Shown: in pieces, positions 56,391 to 64,000 of the stretch
How the letters are laid out: every line of letters begins with the position of its first letter
How positions within the stretch are numbered: the first letter of the stretch is position 1
Assembly (NCBI GenBank): GCA_017961575.1
Contig: JAGCXA010000023.1
Span: 19,056-83,055, forward strand
Length of the DNA stretch: 64,000 nucleotides
Direction: 5' to 3'
Origin: Clostridia bacterium
GTDB taxonomy: Bacteria; Bacillota; Clostridia; Oscillospirales; CAG-272
Notes under the pieces: generated by a model
Databases searched by the model: none
The model's input: the letters and a program-made list of their open reading frames with translations, nothing else
Told to the model about the DNA's origin: nothing
Made by a program: the position numbers and the translations under genes

Positions 56391-57805
56391 AAGAAACCGC
56401 GAAAACAAAGGGACAGATCCTCTCGGAAACTCTGACGGCAAAAAAAGAGAATATCTTTGAGAAACAAACCGACAAGACCGACGCGATCTTCGCCTACGCC
56501 GAGGGGTACAAAACCTTCCTCAACGCGGCGAAAACCGAACGCGAAGCCGTCACGGAACTCGTCGCGATGGCGAAGAAAAACGGTTTCCGGGAATGGAAAC
56601 TCGGAGACCCCGTCGAACGCGGCGGCGCGTACTGGTTCAATAACCGCCAAAAGAACCTCTTTCTGTTCCGCATCGGTCAAAACGACGTCGCACGCGACGG
56701 CGTGCGGATCATGGCGGCGCATATCGACTCTCCGCGCCTCGATCTCAAACAGAACCCCGTCTACGAGGATTCCGGGATGTGCTTCTTCAAGACGCACTAC
56801 TACGGCGGGATCAAGAAGTATCAATGGACGACCATCCCGCTCGCTCTCCACGGCGTCGTGATCCTCGAAAACGGGGAAGAAGTCACCGTGAAGATCGGCG
56901 AGGACGAATCCGATCCGATCTTCTATATCAACGACTTGCTTCCGCACTTGGCGCAGGAGCAGTCGCAAAAGCCGCTCGGGACGGCGATCCCGGGCGAAAA
57001 ACTGAATCTTCTTGTCGGCGGTTTTCCGTACCCCGACGAAAACGTGTCCGAGAAGATCAAATTGAACGTTCTTTCGATTCTGAACGAGAAATACGGGATC
57101 AAAGAAGACGATTTCATCAGCGCCGAGATCTGCGCCGTTCCCGCCTACACGGCGCGCGACGTCGGATTTGACCGCGCCTTTATCGGCGCATACGGTCACG
57201 ACGACCGCGTCTGCGCCTATCCGATCGCGACGGCGATCTTTGAGACCGAGGACAGAGAACACACGACGCTCGTGATTCTCGCCGACAAGGAAGAGGTCGG
57301 AAGCGACGGAAACACCGGAATGAACTCGATCATCCTCCGCGACGTGCTCGATTCGATCGCGGCGTCGCTCGGCGCCGATCCGATTCTTGTCCGCGCAAAC
57401 TCCGCGTGCCTTTCCGCCGACGTGACGGCGGCGTACGACCCCAACTTCTCCGACGTATACGAGGCGAAGAACAGTTCGATGATCTCCTGCGGTACGACGA
57501 TGTGCAAATACACCGGGTCGAGAGGAAAGTCCTCGACAAACGACGCGTCCGCCGAGTTTGTCGGGACCGTCCGTCGTCTGTTCAAGGAAAACGGCGTGAC
57601 CTTCCAGACCGCCGAACTCGGAAAGATCGACCTCGGCGGCGGCGGGACCGTCGCGAAGTATATCTCGCACGTAAACGTCGACACCGTCGACGTCGGCGTG
57701 CCCGTGATCTCGATGCACGCGCCCTACGAGGTGATCTCGAAAGCCGACCTGTACTCGACCTACGAGGCGTTTCTCGCGTTCTGTAAATTATGTCGGAACA
57801 ACTGA
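56387..57805 (+). CDS. M18-family aminopeptidase
   Basis: 472 aa. HIDSPRLDLK and LADKEEVGSDGNTG metal-site regions. ATGA overlap with coaE. Confidence 0.85.
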   Translation: MKETAKTKGQILSETLTAKKENIFEKQTDKTDAIFAYAEGYKTFLNAAKTEREAVTELVAMAKKNGFREWKLGDPVERGGAYWFNNRQKNLFLFRIGQNDVARDGVRIMAAHIDSPRLDLKQNPVYEDSGMCFFKTHYYGGIKKYQWTTIPLALHGVVILENGEEVTVKIGEDESDPIFYINDLLPHLAQEQSQKPLGTAIPGEKLNLLVGGFPYPDENVSEKIKLNVLSILNEKYGIKEDDFISAEICAVPAYTARDVGFDRAFIGAYGHDDRVCAYPIATAIFETEDREHTTLVILADKEEVGSDGNTGMNSIILRDVLDSIAASLGADPILVRANSACLSADVTAAYDPNFSDVYEAKNSSMISCGTTMCKYTGSRGKSSTNDASAEFVGTVRRLFKENGVTFQTAELGKIDLGGGGTVAKYISHVNVDTVDVGVPVISMHAPYEVISKADLYSTYEAFLAFCKLCRNN

Positions 57806-58866
57806 CGCGGGCGCTCGAACGTTACCGCGAGATCGAGACGATCCTTTCGGAAAAATCGTATTCTTCTGACCCGGAATCCTACGCCGCCTTGATGAAAGAG
57901 TATCGCTCTCTTTCCGAAGTATTTGAAAAATCAGAAGATTATTTCAAGGCAGAACAGGAAATCCGTGATCTGACAGCGTTGCTGACGTCGGAGACCGACC
58001 CCGAACTCAAAGGATTGTGCGAGAGCGAATTGCGCGAAGCGCGAGAGCGTTTAGAACGTCTTTCATCCGAGATCAACGCCCTGCTTTTGCCCCGCGATCC
58101 CGACGACGACAGGAACGTCATCCTGGAAATTCGAGCCGGGGCGGGCGGTGAGGAAGCGGCGCTGTTCGTCGCCGATCTCTTCCGGATGTATTCGATGTAC
58201 GCGGAACGAAACGGTTTCTCGGTCGAACTCCTTTCGGAAAACCGCACGGAACTCGGCGGTTTCAGGCAACTGTCCGCGCTCCTTTCCGGCGCGGGCGCCT
58301 TCTCCCGTTTCCGCTACGAGAGCGGCGTTCACCGGGTACAGCGCGTCCCCGTGACCGAGTCGCAGGGGCGTATCCAGACGTCGACCGTCACCGTCGCCGT
58401 TTTGCCGGAGGCGGAGGAGATCGAGGTCAATCTTGCTCCCGGCGACGTCAAGATGGAGTCCTGCAAGAGCAGCGGCGCCGGCGGTCAGCATATCAACAAG
58501 ACCGAATCCGCCGTTCGTCTGACGCATATTCCCACGGGGATCGTCGTCGAGTGCCAGGAGGAACGCAGTCAGTTCAAGAACCGTGACAAGGCGATGAAAC
58601 TGCTTCTCTCGAAACTCTACGAGATCAAGCGCAGGGAACGCGACGACTCGACCGCCGAGAATCGGAAAAGACAGGTAGGCACCGGCGACAGGAGCGAAAA
58701 GATCCGTACCTATAATTTTCCGCAGGGACGGGTGACCGATCACCGGATCGGCTTCACCGTCTATACGCTCGATTCGTTTCTGAACGGCGAGATCGGCGGA
58801 ATGATCGACGCACTCCGCATCCACGACGCGGAGACGAAACTTGCGTCTGGACGACAGGAAGAATAA
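57790..58866 (+). CDS. prfA: Peptide chain release factor 1
   Basis: 358 aa. GGQ motif (SSGAGGQHINKTES) and RF1-type tripeptide region RVPVTESQGRIQTS. Overlaps the previous gene by 16 nt. Confidence 0.95.
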   Translation: MSEQLTRALERYREIETILSEKSYSSDPESYAALMKEYRSLSEVFEKSEDYFKAEQEIRDLTALLTSETDPELKGLCESELREARERLERLSSEINALLLPRDPDDDRNVILEIRAGAGGEEAALFVADLFRMYSMYAERNGFSVELLSENRTELGGFRQLSALLSGAGAFSRFRYESGVHRVQRVPVTESQGRIQTSTVTVAVLPEAEEIEVNLAPGDVKMESCKSSGAGGQHINKTESAVRLTHIPTGIVVECQEERSQFKNRDKAMKLLLSKLYEIKRRERDDSTAENRKRQVGTGDRSEKIRTYNFPQGRVTDHRIGFTVYTLDSFLNGEIGGMIDALRIHDAETKLASGRQEE

Positions 58867-58883
58867 TCGGAGCATAAGACAGA

Positions 58884-59927
58884 ATGAAGACCGAATACGT
58901 AGAACGCCCCGACCTCTCGACCGAGGAGGGATTACGTGAGATCGCCCGCGCCGGAGAGATCATCCGGCGCGGGGGTCTCGTCGTCTTCCCGACCGAGACG
59001 GTGTTCGGTCTCGGCGGAAACGCGCTCGACGCGGAGGCGGCGGGCAAAATATACTCAGCAAAGGGAAGACCTTCGGACAATCCCCTCATCATACATATCG
59101 CCGATCCCGCCGACGCTTCAAAATACTGTGAAACCAACGAACTGTTCGGGCGTCTCGCGAGGGCGTTTATGCCGGGACCCCTGACCGTCGTTTTACCGGC
59201 GAAGCCGATCGTACCGAAGACCGTCACGGCGAACCTTCCGACCGTCGCCGTCAGATGCCCGTCCCATCCCGTCGCGCACGCCTTGATCGTGGCGGCGGGC
59301 GTACCGATCGCCGCGCCGTCTGCCAATCTTTCGGGTTCGCCCTCTCCCACGACCTTCCGTCACGTCCGTGAGGACCTCGACGGCAGGGTCGATATGATCC
59401 TCGGCGGCGAATGCGAGATCGGGGTCGAATCGACGATCGTGCGGATCGACGGGCAGAACGAACTGACCCTTCTTCGTCCCGGCGGGATCACGCCGGAACA
59501 ACTCGGCGAATTTGCACGCGTTTCTCTATCTCCCGCGGTTCTCGACAAACTGAAAGAGGGAGAACGGGTACAGTCGCCCGGAATGAAGTATAAGCACTAC
59601 GCCCCGAAAACGCCCCTGTATCTTTTGCGGGGCGACGGGGAAGAACGGATGCGTTTTCTTGCGGAACAGACAGGGAAGTTCGGCGTTCTTGCCTACACGG
59701 GCGACGTCGACGTCATCCGCGCGCTCGACACCGCCCCCGTCGTGTTTGACCTCGGCGACGAAAACGACCCCGCACAACCGCTGCATCGTCTTTTCTATCT
59801 TCTCCGCGAAGCCGATAAAGCGGGGTGCGAGCGCATCTACGCGCCGTTACCCGGTACCGACGGGCTGTCTCTTGCGCTCTATAACCGAATGATCCGCGCC
59901 GCGGCGTATCAGATCATATCTCTGTAA
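58884..59927 (+). CDS. tsaC: L-threonylcarbamoyladenylate synthase (Sua5/YwlC type, with C-terminal Sua5 domain)
   Basis: 347 aa. VVFPTETVFGLGGNAL and APSANLSG motifs. Confidence 0.9.
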   Translation: MKTEYVERPDLSTEEGLREIARAGEIIRRGGLVVFPTETVFGLGGNALDAEAAGKIYSAKGRPSDNPLIIHIADPADASKYCETNELFGRLARAFMPGPLTVVLPAKPIVPKTVTANLPTVAVRCPSHPVAHALIVAAGVPIAAPSANLSGSPSPTTFRHVREDLDGRVDMILGGECEIGVESTIVRIDGQNELTLLRPGGITPEQLGEFARVSLSPAVLDKLKEGERVQSPGMKYKHYAPKTPLYLLRGDGEERMRFLAEQTGKFGVLAYTGDVDVIRALDTAPVVFDLGDENDPAQPLHRLFYLLREADKAGCERIYAPLPGTDGLSLALYNRMIRAAAYQIISL

Positions 59928-59952
59928 TTTCAAACGAAAGGGGGATCGCGTG

Positions 59953-62148
59953 ATGGCGAAGAAAAAGAATCTTCCGTCGCCGGGAACGGTCGAGGCGGAG
60001 ATCCGTCCGCAGCCGATCGTCGAGACGATCGAAACGAACTATATGCCCTACGCCATGAGCGTCATCATATCCCGCGCGCTCCCCGAGATCGACGGATTCA
60101 AGCCCTCACACAGAAAACTCCTTTACACGATGTACGAGATGGGGCTGCTCTCCAAGCCCCGCACCAAGAGCGCGAACGTCGTCGGGCAAACGATGCACCT
60201 GAACCCGCACGGCGACGCCGCGATCTACGAAACGCTCGTCCGGCTCACGCGCGGTCACGGCGCGCTTCTGCATCCCTTCATCGACTCGAAGGGGAGTTTC
60301 GGAAAACAGTACAGCCGCGATATGGCGTACGCCGCGTCGCGGTATACCGAGGTCCGTCTCGATCCCTTCTGCGCCGAACTCTTCGACGGGATCGAAAAGA
60401 ACAGCGTCGATTTTATCCCGAACTACGACAACACGACAAAGGAACCGGTACTGCTTCCCACGACCTTTCCGAACGTCCTCGTTTCTCCCAATCTCGGGAT
60501 CGCCGTCGGGATGGCTTGCTCGATCTGTTCCTTCAATCTTGCCGAGATCTGCGACGGGACGATCGCGCTTTTAAAAAATCCCGACTGTCCGACCGACCGA
60601 CTGCTCGATCTTGTCAAAGCGCCGGATTTTTCGGGCGGGGGGCAGTTGATCTACTCACGCGAAAAGATGCGGGAACTCTACGAGACCGGCGTCGGTCCGA
60701 TCCGGCTTCGCGCCAAATACGCCTACGACGCGAAGGAAAACTGCATCGACGTTCTCGAGATCCCGTATTCCACCTCCATCGAGGCGATCATGAAGAAGAT
60801 CACCGATCTTATCAAGGAGGGGAAACTGCGCGAGATCACCGACGTGCGCGACGCCATCGACCTGAGCGGGTTCCGGCTGACGATCGACGTGCGCCGGGGA
60901 ACCGACCCCGAACGGCTGATGGAAAAACTCTATCTGTTGACGCCGCTTGAAGATACCTTCGACTGCAATTTCAACGTTCTGCTCGACGGGCGGCCTGCGA
61001 CCCTCGGCGTCCGTCCGATCCTGCTTGCCTGGATCGCGTTCCGGATCGCGTGTATCCGGCGGGAAATGACCTTCGATCTTGAAAAGAAACAGGACAAACT
61101 GCATCTTCTGATGGGGCTCGGTTCGATCCTGCTCGACCTCGACCGCGCGATCCGGATCATTCGCAACACCGAGGACGAGAAGCAGGTGGTCCCGAACCTG
61201 ATGGAGGCGTTCCACCTCTCCGAAAAGCAGGCGGAATACATCGCAGAGATCAAACTGCGCCACCTGAACCGCGAATACATACGGAACAGGACCGAGGAGA
61301 TCTCCGCGCTCGAAAAGGAGATCGCGGATCTTTCCGAGACCATCCGGGACGAGATCAAGATCAAGGGACGGATCGCCGATCAACTTCGCGAAATCAAGAA
61401 GAAATACGGGATCCCCCGCCGCACCTCGCTGATTGCGGCGGAGGAGATCACGGCGCCCGATCCCTCGCTTCTGATCGACGATTATCCCGTGCGTCTTTTG
61501 CTCACCAAGCACGGATTCTTCAAGAAACTCGCGCTGACGGGCAACAGAGGTGAGGATCAGAAATACAAGGAAGGCGACGGGGAACAGCAGACGGTCGAGG
61601 CGAACAACACCGACGCGCTCCTCGTCTTCACGAACAAGTTGAAGATGTACGCGACGAAGGTCTCGTCGTTCGATCTGTCTCGCCCGTCGGTCATCGGCGA
61701 ACTGCTTCGCTCGACCCTGAAAATGGACAAGGGAGAGAAGCCGACGGCGCTCTGTCCCGTCAAGCCCGACACCGGAAGCGTCGTGCTCGCCTTCTCGGAC
61801 GGAACTGTGCTCCGGTGTCCGTCAGAGGATTTTCCGACCGATCAACGAAGGATCAAACTCTTCGCGATGCAGACGGGCCTTGCGACGCCGCTCGCGGCGC
61901 TGCCCGAAAAGACGGGCGAAACCAGCGAGATCTGGTTCCGCACCGAGGACGACCGTCTCCTTTGCATCAACACGCGCCTGATCGAACGGTCGCCGCTTCT
62001 GACGGCGATCCCGGTGCAGGCGGTGATCCTGAAAAAAGGAGTTCGTTTGACCTCGGTCACGCAGTCCTGTCCCGTGGATCTCACTCCGTCGGACAAGGTC
62101 AGAAAGAGCAGGATCCCCGCGCTCCCGGTTTCCCCCGACGCGGAATAA
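59953..62148 (+). CDS. parC: Type IIA topoisomerase subunit A (ParC-like; no GyrA box seen)
   Basis: YAMSVIISRALPEIDGFKPSHRK. Catalytic Tyr context AASRYTEVRL. Short C-terminal domain of about 230 aa. ATG 59953 is 8 nt after GGGGGA. Confidence 0.8.
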   Translation: MAKKKNLPSPGTVEAEIRPQPIVETIETNYMPYAMSVIISRALPEIDGFKPSHRKLLYTMYEMGLLSKPRTKSANVVGQTMHLNPHGDAAIYETLVRLTRGHGALLHPFIDSKGSFGKQYSRDMAYAASRYTEVRLDPFCAELFDGIEKNSVDFIPNYDNTTKEPVLLPTTFPNVLVSPNLGIAVGMACSICSFNLAEICDGTIALLKNPDCPTDRLLDLVKAPDFSGGGQLIYSREKMRELYETGVGPIRLRAKYAYDAKENCIDVLEIPYSTSIEAIMKKITDLIKEGKLREITDVRDAIDLSGFRLTIDVRRGTDPERLMEKLYLLTPLEDTFDCNFNVLLDGRPATLGVRPILLAWIAFRIACIRREMTFDLEKKQDKLHLLMGLGSILLDLDRAIRIIRNTEDEKQVVPNLMEAFHLSEKQAEYIAEIKLRHLNREYIRNRTEEISALEKEIADLSETIRDEIKIKGRIADQLREIKKKYGIPRRTSLIAAEEITAPDPSLLIDDYPVRLLLTKHGFFKKLALTGNRGEDQKYKEGDGEQQTVEANNTDALLVFTNKLKMYATKVSSFDLSRPSVIGELLRSTLKMDKGEKPTALCPVKPDTGSVVLAFSDGTVLRCPSEDFPTDQRRIKLFAMQTGLATPLAALPEKTGETSEIWFRTEDDRLLCINTRLIERSPLLTAIPVQAVILKKGVRLTSVTQSCPVDLTPSDKVRKSRIPALPVSPDAE

Positions 62149-62150
62149 AG

Positions 62151-62186
62151 AATCCGCCGCCGAAGCGTTCGGCGGCGGATTTATTT
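62151..62186. terminator. Bidirectional terminator between the parC-like and AEC genes
   Basis: AATCCGCCGCCGAA / TTCGGCGGCGGATT 14-bp stem with loop GCG. Confidence 0.8.
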
Positions 62187-62194
62187 CGATGCAA

Positions 62195-63148
62195 TCAAAG
62201 AAGATAGAGAAGCAGCGCGACGAGCGGCATCGTCCCGATCGAAAGCAGGGTCGAGAGACAGACCATCGTGCTGGCGTAGGGGGCGTCTCCGTCGAACTTC
62301 TCGGCGTACATCACCGTCACCGTGGCGCACGGGGTCGATGCGCAGACGAAGAGCGCGCGGAAGAGATAATCGTCGCGGTACCCGATCAGCGTCGAGAGTT
62401 TCAGGATGCCGAAGACAAGCGTGGGGATCAGAAGCATCCGGACGAAAACGTAGCGGTAGAGGATCAGGTCGCGCCAGATTCGTTTCCAGTCGATTTCAAG
62501 AAGATGAAGCCCGATCACGCCCATCGAGAGCGGGGCGACGAGCGAATTCAGAATCGAAAGGAAGTCGCCCGCAACGGCGGGCAAATGCCGGTTGACAGGA
62601 GTGCAGAAAACGACGAGCCCGACGACGAGCGCGACCGACGCCGGATTGAGAAACGCTTTCTTCACGGACATAAACTTCTTTTCCCCCGTGAAAACGTACG
62701 CGCCGAACGTCCAGACGAGGATGTTGAAGCAAACGACGTAAACGCTGGCGTAGATCGTTGATTCGGGACCGAGAAGCGCGGTCAGGATCGGGATCGCCAT
62801 ATAGCCGGCGTTGGTGAAGATGGTGCCGAATTGCAAGAGACGGTCGCGCTTTAAGAGTTCCGGCTCGTCCTTTCTCTTCCGGAACGCAAGGAGCGCGACG
62901 CCGTAGTACATGGCGTGAAAGAGAATGAAGAAGACGACGACGGCAAGAGAGCGGAGCATGATCTCGGAGTCGTAATCGCGGTAGAGCGCGAAGATGATCA
63001 TGCCGGGAGTCGCGACGTAAAGCACGAGGTTCGAGAGCGAAACGCCGAAGCCGTCACGTACAAGCCCGAAGCGCTTTAAGAGCGCCGTCGGGAGCATCAG
63101 GAGAGCCAGCAGAAAAACGCGCGAGAAAAGGATCGCAATATCAAACAT
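62195..63148 (-). CDS. AEC-family (auxin efflux carrier-like) transporter
   Basis: 317 aa, about 10 TM segments, two-lobed topology typical of the family. Confidence 0.8.
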   Translation of the reverse strand: MFDIAILFSRVFLLALLMLPTALLKRFGLVRDGFGVSLSNLVLYVATPGMIIFALYRDYDSEIMLRSLAVVVFFILFHAMYYGVALLAFRKRKDEPELLKRDRLLQFGTIFTNAGYMAIPILTALLGPESTIYASVYVVCFNILVWTFGAYVFTGEKKFMSVKKAFLNPASVALVVGLVVFCTPVNRHLPAVAGDFLSILNSLVAPLSMGVIGLHLLEIDWKRIWRDLILYRYVFVRMLLIPTLVFGILKLSTLIGYRDDYLFRALFVCASTPCATVTVMYAEKFDGDAPYASTMVCLSTLLSIGTMPLVALLLYLL

Positions 63149-63170
63149 TCAGGTTACTCTTTCCGGCAGA

Positions 63171-64000
63171 TCAGGCGAGCGGTTCGAGCGTGACGAGCAC
63201 GGTGGTGAACAGGTCGAGATCAAGATAGAGACTTGCCGATTCCCCGGAAAGGATCTCCTCCCGGATCGGTTCGTCGTCGTGCGCGGCGTCGAGCACCCGG
63301 ACGGTCGCCTTGACGGGGGACGCGGGCAGGGAAGTGAGATCGAGTTTCACCTGCTTTTTCTCGGCTTCGTCGAGGTCGTCGTAGTAGGTCAGCATAACGG
63401 CGCCTCCCGCTTCGCCTACCGCCGCCGCGCCGTAAACGGTCCCGTCGTCGGACGAGAATCCGACCGCGGTGCCGAGCTGGTACAATTTGTTGAACATCCG
63501 GAAAGGATAGTATCCTTTCAGAAGGTCGCAGACCAGATCGGTCGAGAACATCCCGTTCATCGCGCAGGGTCGCGCGTCGTAGTACATCAGCATATCGAGC
63601 GGATCGTACTGCGAGGCGGCGACGGTCGAAGCGATGAAGGCGGCGCCTTTCAGGTGCTTCATCATACGGAGCGAATAGACCCATTTGTCACCGGTCCATC
63701 CCTTGACGTAGTTCCATTCGTTCAGGATGCTTTCGGTTTTTACGTAACCGTTGGCGTCGAGCGACGCGCGCACCTCTCTTTCGTATTCGAGGACGCGGGA
63801 GGGGATCCGCGCGTAGACGTGCCAAGAGAAGAAGTCGAGCGGGACGTTACGTTCGCGGCAGAACGAAAGGAACTCGTCCTTCCAGCTGCCCTTCGGGTTG
63901 CAGATCGCGGGACCGCCGATCATCAGGTGCGGGAAGCACGCTTTGAGGTGCTTCGCCGTGATCTCGAACAGGTCGAAGAATTGCAGTTTCGTGCCGCCCC
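63171..64000 (-). CDS. GH39-like glycoside hydrolase (beta-xylosidase family), N-terminus beyond window edge
   Basis: IGGPAICNPKGSWKDEFLSFCRERNVPLDFFSWHVYAR resembles the GH39 XynB region. The frame stays open from 63923 to 64000 (my translation), so the gene is partial. Confidence 0.7.
   Translation of the reverse strand, partial: GGTKLQFFDLFEITAKHLKACFPHLMIGGPAICNPKGSWKDEFLSFCRERNVPLDFFSWHVYARIPSRVLEYEREVRASLDANGYVKTESILNEWNYVKGWTGDKWVYSLRMMKHLKGAAFIASTVAASQYDPLDMLMYYDARPCAMNGMFSTDLVCDLLKGYYPFRMFNKLYQLGTAVGFSSDDGTVYGAAAVGEAGGAVMLTYYDDLDEAEKKQVKLDLTSLPASPVKATVRVLDAAHDDEPIREEILSGESASLYLDLDLFTTVLVTLEPLA

Overview
GC-rich, tightly packed chromosomal segment. It looks like core genome of a spore-forming Clostridia-class Firmicute; this is inferred from yabP/yabQ, a pdaA-like deacetylase, an S11 carboxypeptidase, a YabM/SpoVB-like flippase, the IspH-S1 fusion and a Bacillus-type glgBCDAP layout. 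I can support about 58 protein genes and one tRNA-Ser(GGA). One CDS, rpmG, is too short for the ORF track. Many AT-rich intergenic promoters are near sigma-70 consensus, all with 17-nt spacers, and there are several clear hairpin/T-run terminators. I see no rRNA, CRISPR array, transposase, integrase, phage gene, or recognisable defence or toxin-antitoxin module. Blocks in order: rpiR / flavoprotein / cmk-plsC fusion / ispH-S1 fusion (minus strand); gltX; an unpaired histidine kinase; a Crp-led ABC importer operon; cdaA with a vestigial cdaR-like ORF and a FAD protein; recJ-relA-dtd-hemZ; a kinase and a MOP flippase; hup-yabO-yabP-yabQ plus a lone fumarase alpha subunit; glgB-C-D-A-P plus a GH13 enzyme; two NodB deacetylases; membrane protein, GNAT, D-Ala-D-Ala carboxypeptidase, pgi; four uncharacterised genes (small P-loop protein, Cys-rich protein, lipase-like lipoprotein, membrane-anchored beta-propeller); tRNA-Ser; lysC; rpmG-secE-nusG-rplK-rplA; DUF3048, tmcAL, ackA; coaE-aminopeptidase-prfA-tsaC-parC-like; AEC transporter; a partial GH39. 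Most of the window is ordinary housekeeping DNA, and I found no convincing new multi-gene system. Best leads: (1) a tRNA-Ser-derived, repeat-bounded structured element of about 170 nt at 47035-47204; (2) the uncharacterised P-loop / Cys-rich cassette at 42.5-43.9 kb; (3) three places where the start region of a sporulation-type gene sits in or just behind the terminator hairpin of the upstream unit (yabP, pdaA, Cys-rich gene); (4) cdaA coupled to a 76-aa CdaR remnant and a FAD protein; (5) the cmk-plsC fusion. The very long antisense ORFs in the track are codon-aligned shadow frames and are rejected.
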